This document shows positions 34,478 to 42,406 of a DNA stretch of 64,000 nucleotides, piece after piece; position 1 is the stretch's first letter, and each line of letters begins with the position of its first letter. A program made the position numbers and the translations under genes. The notes under the pieces are model-generated. The model saw only the letters and a program-made list of their open reading frames with translations. It made no database searches and was not told the DNA's origin. Source of the stretch: a virus; the IMG/VR virus record IMGVR_UViG_3300045988_174371, positions 288,001 to 352,000 of that record, one strand, 5' to 3'.

Positions 34478-36961
34478 TTACAGTAGCGAGCCTAGACCGA
34501 CGCTATCGACAATAATAGCTTCCTGGGTCTTACCCAAAGCCTCAGCAATAAGCGACAGCGGGACACTCTGTAGGTTCAGCCCAGCGTTAGCGCTAATGAG
34601 TGTCTTCATGGCTTCCTGCATCGTGACACCTGCAAGCTGGGGTACGGCGGAGAAAGGAATGTTCGGGTCAATCCTCTTCACAAAAGTGCTGAACATCGTG
34701 TCCGGGTGAAGACTTACCAGCGCCGCCAGACCCTCAATTGCAGAGTCCCACCCATGCTCACGGGTAAGAACCGTAACGACATCCATTGCGGAGATGTTCA
34801 ACATCTGCGCCACTACACTCAGCGGGGCGTTGAGCACCTTCTCCTCGTTCGCTTCAATGATGCGTTGCATCACCGTGGGTACAGCTCGTGAAGTCTTCAC
34901 CGAAACGTCGCCAAGAGTAGGACCCGTGTGCTTCGGCGGGGCAGGTAGCGGCGGGAACGGCGTAGCGCGGGCTACACGTTCTTCCTCCTGCTGGGCGCGG
35001 CTGAGTGCTCCGTGGTCGGTATGCTCCTGAATCTCTGGCAGGGCGAAGTTGATAGCCAGCTTGCTATCGCCAGGGAGCGGCTTGTACACGGTAATCGACT
35101 CGTTAAATAGCGACTGCTGACCATCAGCTACGCAATTCTTAGCCGATAGACTGTTCGCCATTTTCGGCTTCGGTTTTGCGACACGCGGAGTCTCCTGCTT
35201 CTTTCCCTGAGTCACCTCAGAAACTTCTTTCTGCGTAGGGAGGTTCGCGGTGGTGTTCTCCTGCTGGGGTGCTTCCTGCGGGGGTGCTGAAACTCCCTTG
35301 AGCACCGTCACCTTCGCGGGCTTCTTCGTGACTAGTCTAACCATAGACTCCATAAACTCATCCTTTGTGGCGGCAGGTTTAGCCACCTCATCTACCTGCT
35401 GTGAGGAAGTCTCTACAGTCGCTTCCTCATCGTTCTTCACCGGCGGCTCTTCTTGTTCAGTCTCGACCGTTAGCGGGGCTTCCTCAGGCGTGGGCTTACC
35501 CGCCGTGAATGCGGCGTGGAAGTCCCAATCGGTATTGATAGCAGAGCCGCCCAGAGCGTTTAGGTGCTCATAGTACAAGACGGTCTCAGTTGAGGGGTCA
35601 TACACTGCTTCAAAGGGCACGGGGTAAGGGCACGGCTCAGTAACACACTCCATCTCCTCAGGAGTTCGCTTAGCCTTATCCAGGTAATCCTCGACGGTTA
35701 CACCTCTGGTAAACCCATTAAAGTCCTTGCTGGGGGTGTATAGCGCCACGTAGCGGGCAACTTCACGGGCAGGGTAGTTGAGGCTCAACATCTCTAGGTA
35801 CCTGCGCTCATTCAGGGATACGCCGGTGTAGCGCTGGGTAACGTTCTCCCACGGTTTGATGGTGTACGACTTGCCGTTACGACCAGTGAAAGAGATGGTC
35901 GGCTTGTAGTATACGTTCGGGTGGTATGCCGTGAGTGGTGCCTTCGAATCAGGTGAGATGTAAGACACTGGCTGTGGCGCGCCCATTCCACCATCACGCC
36001 TCGTCTTCACCGTATCGGTCAGCATCTTATTGACATTAGTCAAGGCAATGCCAAATGAAGCGCCCACCACTTTCTGCGTATACTCTCTCGAAGCGCCACA
36101 CCAAACCATAGACAGCGTAAGGCTCTGCGGAGTTACCGTATGCCCTGCGTCGTTAGACAGCTTCTCAGTGTCGATACAGGGGTGCTCCATGCCTTCCATG
36201 CGGGAGAGCGCGCTCAGCGCGTGCTCATCCGCTGAGATAGGGAGAGGGTTATAGAGGTAGGTCGGGTTAATCGCGGTGAACCTGCGGCTAAGCCCAGCCT
36301 GCACATAGTCACCATAGGAGAGGACATAAGGGCAGGGCACAGGCGAGTCATAGTGCTTTTTCGCGCCGCTCTTGACACGAGCATAAGCACGGACACATGA
36401 CCGCGTTTCCATCGGCGTAAACAGGATGTAATACGCGAGCAAGTCGGCAGGCATTGACTTGCCAGAGTATTCACTGGAGATGTAGTCCAGGTACGCGAGG
36501 TCTTCATCACGCCAGGTACTCCAGCTCATATCCGTATCGATACCAAGGTCGTAGAGCGCACCGTGGGAACGGTTCTCTCTGCGCGTCGGGTCATCCGCGC
36601 TACGCCTATCATCGGTGTAAGGATAAGGCGGTGGAGCCTGAATACTGTTCTTGTACTCGATACGCATCTCCACCACAGCATTCTGAGACTCGGCGGACTC
36701 CTGAATAGCGCGAACCACCTCAGGGCTACAAAGACCATTGAGCGATTCAGAGATAACCTCAACCGGCAAGCCAATGTAAGTGAAGAAGTCAATCCAACGC
36801 TTCTCAAGGAGCGTGCGATTACCCTCCGGGACGTTCTGTGCGACTGCCTGCGACACAGCAGTCTGCGCCATAACACTGAAGACAGACTCGGAACTGGGTG
36901 AGCCCCAAAGGTTCTTGATGTGCTCACCGTACCTCTGCTGAGGTTCATAAGTGGGGGACAT
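34478..36961 (-). CDS. large hypothetical protein (827 aa)
   Basis: Long co-directional ORF with two internal PCPY motifs (SPVPCPYVLSYGDY and VTEPCPYPVPFEAVY) and a Pro/Glu/Lys-rich linker. Confidence 0.8.
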   Translation of the reverse strand: MSPTYEPQQRYGEHIKNLWGSPSSESVFSVMAQTAVSQAVAQNVPEGNRTLLEKRWIDFFTYIGLPVEVISESLNGLCSPEVVRAIQESAESQNAVVEMRIEYKNSIQAPPPYPYTDDRRSADDPTRRENRSHGALYDLGIDTDMSWSTWRDEDLAYLDYISSEYSGKSMPADLLAYYILFTPMETRSCVRAYARVKSGAKKHYDSPVPCPYVLSYGDYVQAGLSRRFTAINPTYLYNPLPISADEHALSALSRMEGMEHPCIDTEKLSNDAGHTVTPQSLTLSMVWCGASREYTQKVVGASFGIALTNVNKMLTDTVKTRRDGGMGAPQPVSYISPDSKAPLTAYHPNVYYKPTISFTGRNGKSYTIKPWENVTQRYTGVSLNERRYLEMLSLNYPAREVARYVALYTPSKDFNGFTRGVTVEDYLDKAKRTPEEMECVTEPCPYPVPFEAVYDPSTETVLYYEHLNALGGSAINTDWDFHAAFTAGKPTPEEAPLTVETEQEEPPVKNDEEATVETSSQQVDEVAKPAATKDEFMESMVRLVTKKPAKVTVLKGVSAPPQEAPQQENTTANLPTQKEVSEVTQGKKQETPRVAKPKPKMANSLSAKNCVADGQQSLFNESITVYKPLPGDSKLAINFALPEIQEHTDHGALSRAQQEEERVARATPFPPLPAPPKHTGPTLGDVSVKTSRAVPTVMQRIIEANEEKVLNAPLSVVAQMLNISAMDVVTVLTREHGWDSAIEGLAALVSLHPDTMFSTFVKRIDPNIPFSAVPQLAGVTMQEAMKTLISANAGLNLQSVPLSLIAEALGKTQEAIIVDSVGLGSLL

Positions 36962-37040
36962 ATATAGTTACCATCCTAAAACTTGTAGTACAGGCGGGCT
37001 TCCTACCAACATGCGGCATACGGCACCGACCTACTGACAC

Positions 37041-37049
37041 ATTCTACCA
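37041..37049 (-). promoter_or_regulatory. extended -10 box TGGTAGAAT
   Basis: The minus strand reads TGgTAGAAT, about 80 nt upstream of the ATG at 36961. Confidence 0.4.
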
Positions 37050-37165
37050 CAGTTTACGGATGTACTACGGAGTGAACTACCGGCACCACTCACTAAATGT
37101 GTGGTAGGCGTATCTAACTGCTTCGATGGGTGCCTAAATGGGCGACCAAAAGCGGGATGAAGTAA

Positions 37166-37220
37166 CAGAAGCGTGGCGGTGAGCTCAAGTAACCATAATG
37201 AGCTCACCGCCACGCTTCTG
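37166..37220. terminator. terminator downstream of the tRNA cluster
   Basis: 22-bp perfect stem cagaagcgtggcggtgagctca / tgagctcaccgccacgcttctg. Confidence 0.8.
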
Positions 37221-37272
37221 TGAAAATAAATGCGGAACCCCTAACAAGCAGGGGTGGTATTCAGTTGTGAAG

Positions 37273-37361
37273 CGGATAGAGCGGGATTCGAACCCGCGGG
37301 GCACCGCTAAGCACCCTCTGGTTTTCAAGACCAGTGCCTTCAGCCACTCAGCCACCTATCC
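37273..37361 (-). tRNA. tRNA-Ser(UGA)
   Basis: The reverse complement is GGATAGGTGGCTGAGTGG...CTGGT CTTGAAA ACCAG, a long variable arm, then GCGGGTTCGAATCCCGC TCTATCC G. Confidence 0.9.
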
Positions 37362-37390
37362 AAATACAGCTAAACTGGGTTTAGCTGACG

Positions 37391-37462
37391 CTGAGGCGCT
37401 AGGACTCGAACCTAGAACTTCGGCTTCAGAGACCGACGTGTTGCCAATTACACCACGCCTCA
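37391..37462 (-). tRNA. tRNA-Gln(CUG)
   Basis: The reverse complement is TGAGGCGTGGTGTAATTGGCAACAC G TCGGT CTCTGAA GCCGA ... CTAGGTTCGAGTCCTAG CGCCTCA G. It has the U1-A72 pair typical of bacterial tRNA-Gln. Confidence 0.88.
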
Positions 37463-37486
37463 TTAAACCCATATTCAATTATGGTG

Positions 37487-37559
37487 CTGGGGTAACAGGG
37501 TTCGAACCTGTAACTTCCGCGTTCAAAGCACGGGGTGTTGCCAGTTACACCATACCCCA
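37487..37559 (-). tRNA. tRNA-Gln(UUG)
   Basis: The reverse complement is TGGGGTATGGTGTAACTGGCAACAC C CCGTG CTTTGAA CGCGG ... ACAGGTTCGAACCCTGT TACCCCA G. Confidence 0.88.
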
Positions 37560-37647
37560 TAGGGGGCTGGCTACTCTGCTCGGCTTGAGAGCACCCAGCC
37601 CCACAGTAAGGAATCGTAAGGAAACCTTGGGAAGAATCGCAATATCT

Positions 37648-37656
37648 ACTATAGCA
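37648..37656 (-). promoter_or_regulatory. extended -10 box TGCTATAGT for the tRNA cluster, framed by an 8-bp inverted repeat
   Basis: The minus strand reads TGcTATAGT. It is flanked by gcaatatc (37639-37646) and gatattgc (37659-37666). Confidence 0.5.
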
Positions 37657-37687
37657 GGGATATTGCCAAGATGCAACTCCAGGAGTG

Positions 37688-38101
37688 TTACTTTCGGGAG
37701 GTGCTTCTTACTGGTTCCAAGGAACCATCATACACTAGTCGGGCGCGCTGGCAAATCTCCTTCAAAGTCATCTCAGCAACTTCCACGCTTTCACTAGTGC
37801 ACAGCTCTGAGACTGTCTCTAGGTCGTCGTCGGCTAGGACGACGATACGCCACAGCTCGGGCTTACTGCGAACGTTTGGGTTAGTGCATACATCCTCCAG
37901 CGTCCGATAGAGTGAATCCCTATCTGGTGTTGCGCGTTCTCGCATCTTGAACATGATGCGGGCTCTTCCTGCAACCGCCTCTAGGGGGATGTCGCCTGTT
38001 TCGGACTGTACGGTCACTCCTGGCGCGACAATAACTCTATATGTTCCAGTTCGCCTATTCTCGTAGGTGAGGGTGATGACGGGGTATGTGTGGCGTGCCA
38101 T
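37688..38101 (-). CDS. hypothetical protein (137 aa)
   Basis: Co-directional ORF. Confidence 0.65.
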   Translation of the reverse strand: MARHTYPVITLTYENRRTGTYRVIVAPGVTVQSETGDIPLEAVAGRARIMFKMRERATPDRDSLYRTLEDVCTNPNVRSKPELWRIVVLADDDLETVSELCTSESVEVAEMTLKEICQRARLVYDGSLEPVRSTSRK

Positions 38102-38153
38102 TTCGCGTAATTATTCCTTCTTTCGAATACTTATGGTATCTGTATAGCTCACG

Positions 38154-39503
38154 TTAGGTGACTTTAAGCCATCGGTCTTGGAAGCGGATACCTGATTCCT
38201 TGGGGAACTGATTGACGGGCTTCCAGTAGGCAGTGACTACCTGTTGCTGTGGCGGGTCGATACTGAGCACCAGAATAAGGTTGCATTCCTCAGGTGGGGC
38301 ACCTTTCTCGGGTGCCACGACTCGGCTGTATTCTGATGAGCGGATACTAATGGAACGCCCCGACTTGCGCTTATCATCATACTCAGTCACGGAGTACGTT
38401 CCAGGGGTGTATGACTGTAGCGTGAAGTAGACATCTTCAGCGGTGAGCTCTGCAAGCTTTCCGCTATTCAGCTTCTCATACACGTGCCCACTGAACTCTA
38501 GGCTCACTGGGTTGATAGCCTTCACGTGCTGATGGAAGCGTTCAATGGACGCTTCGTCCATCTGTGCGTAGGTGATTTGGCGCTGACCCTTAGTGAGGCG
38601 GGGCCAGTGAGCTCGCGTACCCTTTTTGCGTGCTGTTTTCTGCTTGAAAGCCCAGAGAGCTCGAATCTGAGGGACATCCCACAGTACACCGTTCTTCTCT
38701 GCCTGAGCTTTCTCTCGCTCAATCTCGCGGTTAAGCTTGCGTGCCACATGCGGTGGTGTCTTCGAGTTGCGTATCTTTTCGTCGCGCTCGGTAATGTACC
38801 GTGCGCGGTCAAGGTAGATGCGCTGTTTCTCAAGCTCAATAAGGTACTCTTCCTCAGTCTCAGGGACACGTTCCTTTGGTGACGGGAGGATGTAGGTGCG
38901 ACCATTTAGCCCGGAAACCCTAATGTCGCCAGGCTGGAGCGGCGCATCTTCCACAGACTTGACGCTCGGAAGTGTGCGCGGCTTCGGTGGAGGCACTGCG
39001 CTAGGGCGAGGCGCGCTTGGCTTCGGGGCGGCTGGCTTCGGAGAACTTGGCGTAGGTGATGGATTTGGGGTGTTGCCGGAAGTAGGCTTCGGCGGCTGAG
39101 GCTCCCTCTTCTGTTCTTGCTCTTTGAGGGATGCCGCTTCGCGGCGTGCTTTCTGTCTAGCTTCCTTTGGTGTGGTGTACCTATTCTTGGCGCGAGATTC
39201 GCTCTCGTCGCTAATGTTCTTAGGGGTTGAAGGCTTCGGCGTGCCAGTTTGAGGCTCGTTGCCGTTCTTCTGTGCTTTTCGGCGTGCGGCTTTCTCGCGG
39301 CGCGCTTTCTGCTTCGCGTACTTTGGGGCGTACTTGGCTTCAGAGCGTTCCTCGACTACATCGCAGACATGCTCTAGGGAGCCGTGCGGCTCATCGCAGA
39401 AGGGGCAGTCTGCTGGGTCTTTCGCGGAGCATTTACCGTATTCGTCTTGTTTATTGACATGGTACTTGACCGTAGGTGGTCTTACGTTTGCCGTGGTAGA
39501 CAT
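38154..39503 (-). CDS. hypothetical protein (449 aa) with N-terminal His/Cys knuckle (Q3) and a basic Pro-rich low-complexity region
   Basis: VKYHVNKQDEYGKCSAKDPADCPFCDEPHGSLEHV, followed by a KPxxP-rich region (PKPTSGNTPNPSPTPSSPKPAAPKPSAPRPSAVPPPKP). Confidence 0.75.
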   Translation of the reverse strand: MSTTANVRPPTVKYHVNKQDEYGKCSAKDPADCPFCDEPHGSLEHVCDVVEERSEAKYAPKYAKQKARREKAARRKAQKNGNEPQTGTPKPSTPKNISDESESRAKNRYTTPKEARQKARREAASLKEQEQKREPQPPKPTSGNTPNPSPTPSSPKPAAPKPSAPRPSAVPPPKPRTLPSVKSVEDAPLQPGDIRVSGLNGRTYILPSPKERVPETEEEYLIELEKQRIYLDRARYITERDEKIRNSKTPPHVARKLNREIEREKAQAEKNGVLWDVPQIRALWAFKQKTARKKGTRAHWPRLTKGQRQITYAQMDEASIERFHQHVKAINPVSLEFSGHVYEKLNSGKLAELTAEDVYFTLQSYTPGTYSVTEYDDKRKSGRSISIRSSEYSRVVAPEKGAPPEECNLILVLSIDPPQQQVVTAYWKPVNQFPKESGIRFQDRWLKVT

Positions 39504-39571
39504 TTGGGCAGTTATTCTTTCTGTGCTTCATGTATGGCTACATTGTGAGTGTAGTTGCTCTGTACATAGCA

Positions 39572-39613
39572 AAAATGGGAACCCTTGCTGGTGAGGCTAA
39601 GGGTTCCCATTTT
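39572..39613. terminator. bidirectional intrinsic terminator
   Basis: 15-bp perfect stem aaaatgggaaccctt / aagggttcccatttt with U-tracts on both strands. Confidence 0.75.
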
Positions 39614-39801
39614 ATTAGCGGGGCGGTACCGACACCTGGGTATTCGGGATGGGGTGCGGGTACCGCTTGAGCACTAGCGTCTCGCTGGCTTGGGGTGGGC
39701 GAGAAGGGGTGGCTAGTGCTCCAGGTGTGTAGAGGTGGTAGGCTCTACATATGCCCACGGGTTGAGTGGGCTTCGGGCGACGGTGTTAGTTTCGCCCGTT
39801 G
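39614..39801 (-). ncRNA. candidate ~190-230-nt structured ncRNA (five consecutive stem-loops, C-rich loops on the minus strand)
   Basis: Stems are at 39623-30/39659-66, 39669-78/39712-21 (10 bp), 39728-34/39743-49, 39753-58/39766-71 and 39774-80/39792-98. The region is bounded by TGCTATACT (39808-39816, minus) and terminator 39572-39613, and has no plausible ORF. Confidence 0.45.
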
Positions 39802-39807
39802 ATAACC

Positions 39808-39816
39808 AGTATAGCA
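39808..39816 (-). promoter_or_regulatory. extended -10 box TGCTATACT
   Basis: The minus strand reads TGcTATACT, about 10 nt upstream of the first stem-loop. Confidence 0.45.
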
Positions 39817-39996
39817 GTTCCTACCCGTTTAGCAAACTCGACCGTAAGGTTTTTCGGGTGGTATGCATCACAGCTGTTGGCATGGGTGTTTCGCTTGCCT
39901 GGAAGGGGTACTACATCGTATGCTTGTTCTAGAAGTTCAATGTAAGGCGGCAATGTTACCCAGCTCGGGGAGGTTGCCGCCTTACGTGTCTGAGCG

Positions 39997-40005
39997 TGGT
40001 ATAAT
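39997..40005 (+). promoter_or_regulatory. extended -10 box TGGTATAAT for the plus-strand pair 40037-41666
   Basis: The plus strand reads TGgTATAAT, about 30 nt upstream of the ATG at 40037. A TTGCCG 20 nt upstream is too far away to be a good -35. Confidence 0.55.
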
Positions 40006-40036
40006 GTGTGAAATAATAGTATTTCGAAAGGAAGTA

Positions 40037-40807
40037 ATGGCTGTTCACTCACGCAAACCGTTTACGGCAGATGAGCCAATGGAGTTTAACTTCGATAATG
40101 GTAATTCACTGCTTGTCTCCCCTGCGGGTGGTAATGTGCATGGCGCGTTCCTAGAGGCAGTTCAGGTCGCCCATCTTGAAGATGAGGATGAGGTGAGCTT
40201 TAAGTCTGCTCATATTGTGCTTAGTCCCGTTCAGATTATCGCTTTTTTCGCATCAGTTATACGTATGACGGGTTATTCTGAGCCTCAGCTTCGCGAGCTT
40301 GCCTTTGAGCGTGGGCTTATTGAAGACCCTGACGCGGTAAAGGAACGTCTCCGCACCTCGCCGCGAAGGAAAGCACCCAAGCCAGGTCGCCCGAAGGATA
40401 ATTTCTGCAAGTTTACAGACCAGTATGGAGATGTTCTACTGGCTAAGCCTGTTGCTAATGTGCCAGGTCTTGTAGAGTTTACGTTTAGCGTTGATGGTGA
40501 GGATGCTACCTTGATTATCCCTCCAGATATGATAGTCATCCTCTTCGCGACATGTTGCCGGGTGGTGAACTACACCCCCGAAGAAATGCGTGAGCTTGCT
40601 ACCCGTGAGGGCTACGTGAAGGTGGACACTCGAAGTGTTCCGGTTGGGCGTAAGGAAAAGCGCCGCAATGCCCAGCAGTCAAAGAAACAGCCGCAACCTG
40701 CTACTGCGTCACCGTCTCTCGCAAGTCTTGTTGCCGGGCGAACAGCTGAACTAGGTATCACCTCTAGCAAGCCGTCTATGCCTGTGCGCTCGACGTTCAG
40801 CAAATAA
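40037..40807 (+). CDS. hypothetical protein (256 aa) with an internal tandem domain duplication
   Basis: ATG at 40037 preceded by GAAAGGAAG. The two halves align: ...IVLSPVQIIAFFASVIRMTGYSEPQLRELAFERGLI and ...LIIPPDMIVILFATCCRVVNYTPEEMRELATREGYV. Confidence 0.7.
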   Translation: MAVHSRKPFTADEPMEFNFDNGNSLLVSPAGGNVHGAFLEAVQVAHLEDEDEVSFKSAHIVLSPVQIIAFFASVIRMTGYSEPQLRELAFERGLIEDPDAVKERLRTSPRRKAPKPGRPKDNFCKFTDQYGDVLLAKPVANVPGLVEFTFSVDGEDATLIIPPDMIVILFATCCRVVNYTPEEMRELATREGYVKVDTRSVPVGRKEKRRNAQQSKKQPQPATASPSLASLVAGRTAELGITSSKPSMPVRSTFSK

Positions 40808-40856
40808 CTCGCTACACCACAGCACACTTAACACATAAGCAAGAAGGGAAGTAAAC

Positions 40857-41666
40857 ATGCAACAGAACATTGATGGCGTTGAACCTGTACGCCTCACATC
40901 CCCTGACTTTGAGAAGTTCACCCAATACATCTTGAAGGACTGCGCAAGCACCCCCTGGGACTCTTATATGCGCCGCGTCTATCGCCTACTCGGATTCCCG
41001 GAAGATATGAGCATCCCCCCGGCTCCTGTAAGTCGCTTCGGTAAGTATGGTATGTCTCCGGGCATGTGGCATAAGGCGGCTTTGGTGGCGGGCTCATACA
41101 GTGTGGCGCTCGAATCTTTGGGTGTAGCAGATGCGTTTAATGTTGATGCGGGTGTGGAAGCGCTAAAGGAGCTTTCTTTTGCCGCTCACAGTCACCCCCT
41201 AGCGCCCGTATTTACTCACGGTGTCCGCAAGTTCACTGCTGAACAGCAGGCTACCTTAAACCTTATGGTTTCACCTCACATGCAGAAACTCGTGGAGACT
41301 GTCGGCATTAGCGCTCTTCTCGGGTTCTTGCCCGCTGTAGAGTTTATGGATGGTTACGACTATGCAGACTTGGCTCGCCTCATTGAGGCAGATGGTATTG
41401 AGTCTGTAGTTCCTCTGAAGCCGTCTCAGGTTGCAGACTCGCCGCTAGGTCGGGTACTTGCGGGAGCTTTCGACCGTATGGACTCAGTGTTGGCTGAAAT
41501 GCTGAGTATGCCTGAGACTGTCGCCCGTGCTGGGTGGCTCCTCACTCATGACTCAGGGGAATGGTCTAGCCTGGATGCGCCTATCACTGTCCGAAAAGTC
41601 CTGCCCGGTAGTGAGCTTACAGAAGCTCCTGTAGCCGCACATTTTGTAGACATGGCATTGTTCTAG
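40857..41666 (+). CDS. hypothetical protein (269 aa)
   Basis: SD AGAAGGGAAG, with a terminator after the stop. Confidence 0.7.
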   Translation: MQQNIDGVEPVRLTSPDFEKFTQYILKDCASTPWDSYMRRVYRLLGFPEDMSIPPAPVSRFGKYGMSPGMWHKAALVAGSYSVALESLGVADAFNVDAGVEALKELSFAAHSHPLAPVFTHGVRKFTAEQQATLNLMVSPHMQKLVETVGISALLGFLPAVEFMDGYDYADLARLIEADGIESVVPLKPSQVADSPLGRVLAGAFDRMDSVLAEMLSMPETVARAGWLLTHDSGEWSSLDAPITVRKVLPGSELTEAPVAAHFVDMALF

Positions 41667-41686
41667 CAAAATCCTCGCCAAGCGCG

Positions 41687-41737
41687 GCAGAAGCCCCTTA
41701 GAACCTTATCTGTGGGTTCTAGGGGGCTTCTTTCTGC
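41687..41737. terminator. bidirectional terminator between convergent genes
   Basis: gcagaagcccc..tagaacc / ggttcta..ggggcttc..ctgc. Confidence 0.65.
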
Positions 41738-41746
41738 TCGTCAATC

Positions 41747-42295
41747 TTAAAGTGATGGTGATGGTTGGCTTTCGTGTCCTGCGCTCAAGTCAGACAAGGC
41801 AGGGATGTCAATGTCCACCTGCGTGCCAGCCAAGGGGTAGGCAAACTGGATTCGGTTATATTCAGGCTGGTACATTGCCCAGTAGAAGTTCTCGTAAATC
41901 CATGCGTGCCCAGAAATTTCTGAGGTGTGGGCATGGATGCTGTGAGCTACTGCACGCGGAATAATAGGCTTCACATTGAGGGTGTGTAGGTAGCCGTCTA
42001 GGTTCTCGATGGAGTCGCCGGTTGCGTTGTTCGTCACGTCACACTTCATACGGTAAGAGTCATCCTCGGTGAGCTCTTCCTCAATACTGGAAATGTTTAT
42101 CAGTGGGCGAATGAGAGAATTGGGTTCCAGCCCTAGCTCAAACGGGAGGTTGCTAGGTAGCTCGATGGTTGCATACAGATACTTGGGCGCATCAATGAGG
42201 GCGAGGCGAAGCTCCGCCTCGGAGAATGGAAGCTCTTCGTTCAAATCATCTTCGTACTCATATTCGAACTCATAGTCGGTGTGGTTTGCTGACAT
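41747..42295 (-). CDS. acidic hypothetical protein (182 aa)
   Basis: SD AGAAGGG upstream of the ATG at 42295. Confidence 0.65.
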   Translation of the reverse strand: MSANHTDYEFEYEYEDDLNEELPFSEAELRLALIDAPKYLYATIELPSNLPFELGLEPNSLIRPLINISSIEEELTEDDSYRMKCDVTNNATGDSIENLDGYLHTLNVKPIIPRAVAHSIHAHTSEISGHAWIYENFYWAMYQPEYNRIQFAYPLAGTQVDIDIPALSDLSAGHESQPSPSL

Positions 42296-42406
42296 TGGTT
42301 AGCGCCCTTCTGGTCTATACGCAAAAACTTAGGGAAGCTACCAAGAGAGCTTGTAGGTGCTCAAATTGATAACTTCCCTAAGTTTATAGCGTCCGGCTAG
42401 GGGCTT

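Noticed and set aside
37198-37797. A 199-aa plus-strand ORF spanning the tRNA cluster. ORFs 6585-6803 and 58840-59100 similarly overlap tRNA-Gly and tRNA-CAU.
   Set aside because: These ORFs run through clearly folding tRNA genes on the opposite or same strand and have no translation signals. For 58840-59100, only the short 42-codon version downstream of the tRNA was kept, at low confidence.
39614-39801. Direct assignment of the structured region to the 6C RNA family, or to a replication origin.
   Set aside because: Only a loose resemblance (C-rich loops) supports 6C, and the element is roughly twice as long. No DnaA-box-like or iteron series with regular spacing was evident. It is kept only as an unnamed ncRNA candidate.
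39735-40052. ORFs 39735-39932 (+) and 39786-40052 (-) in the divergent intergenic region.
   Set aside because: They have no SD and overlap the promoter boxes and the stem-loop array. The region is better explained as regulatory or ncRNA sequence.
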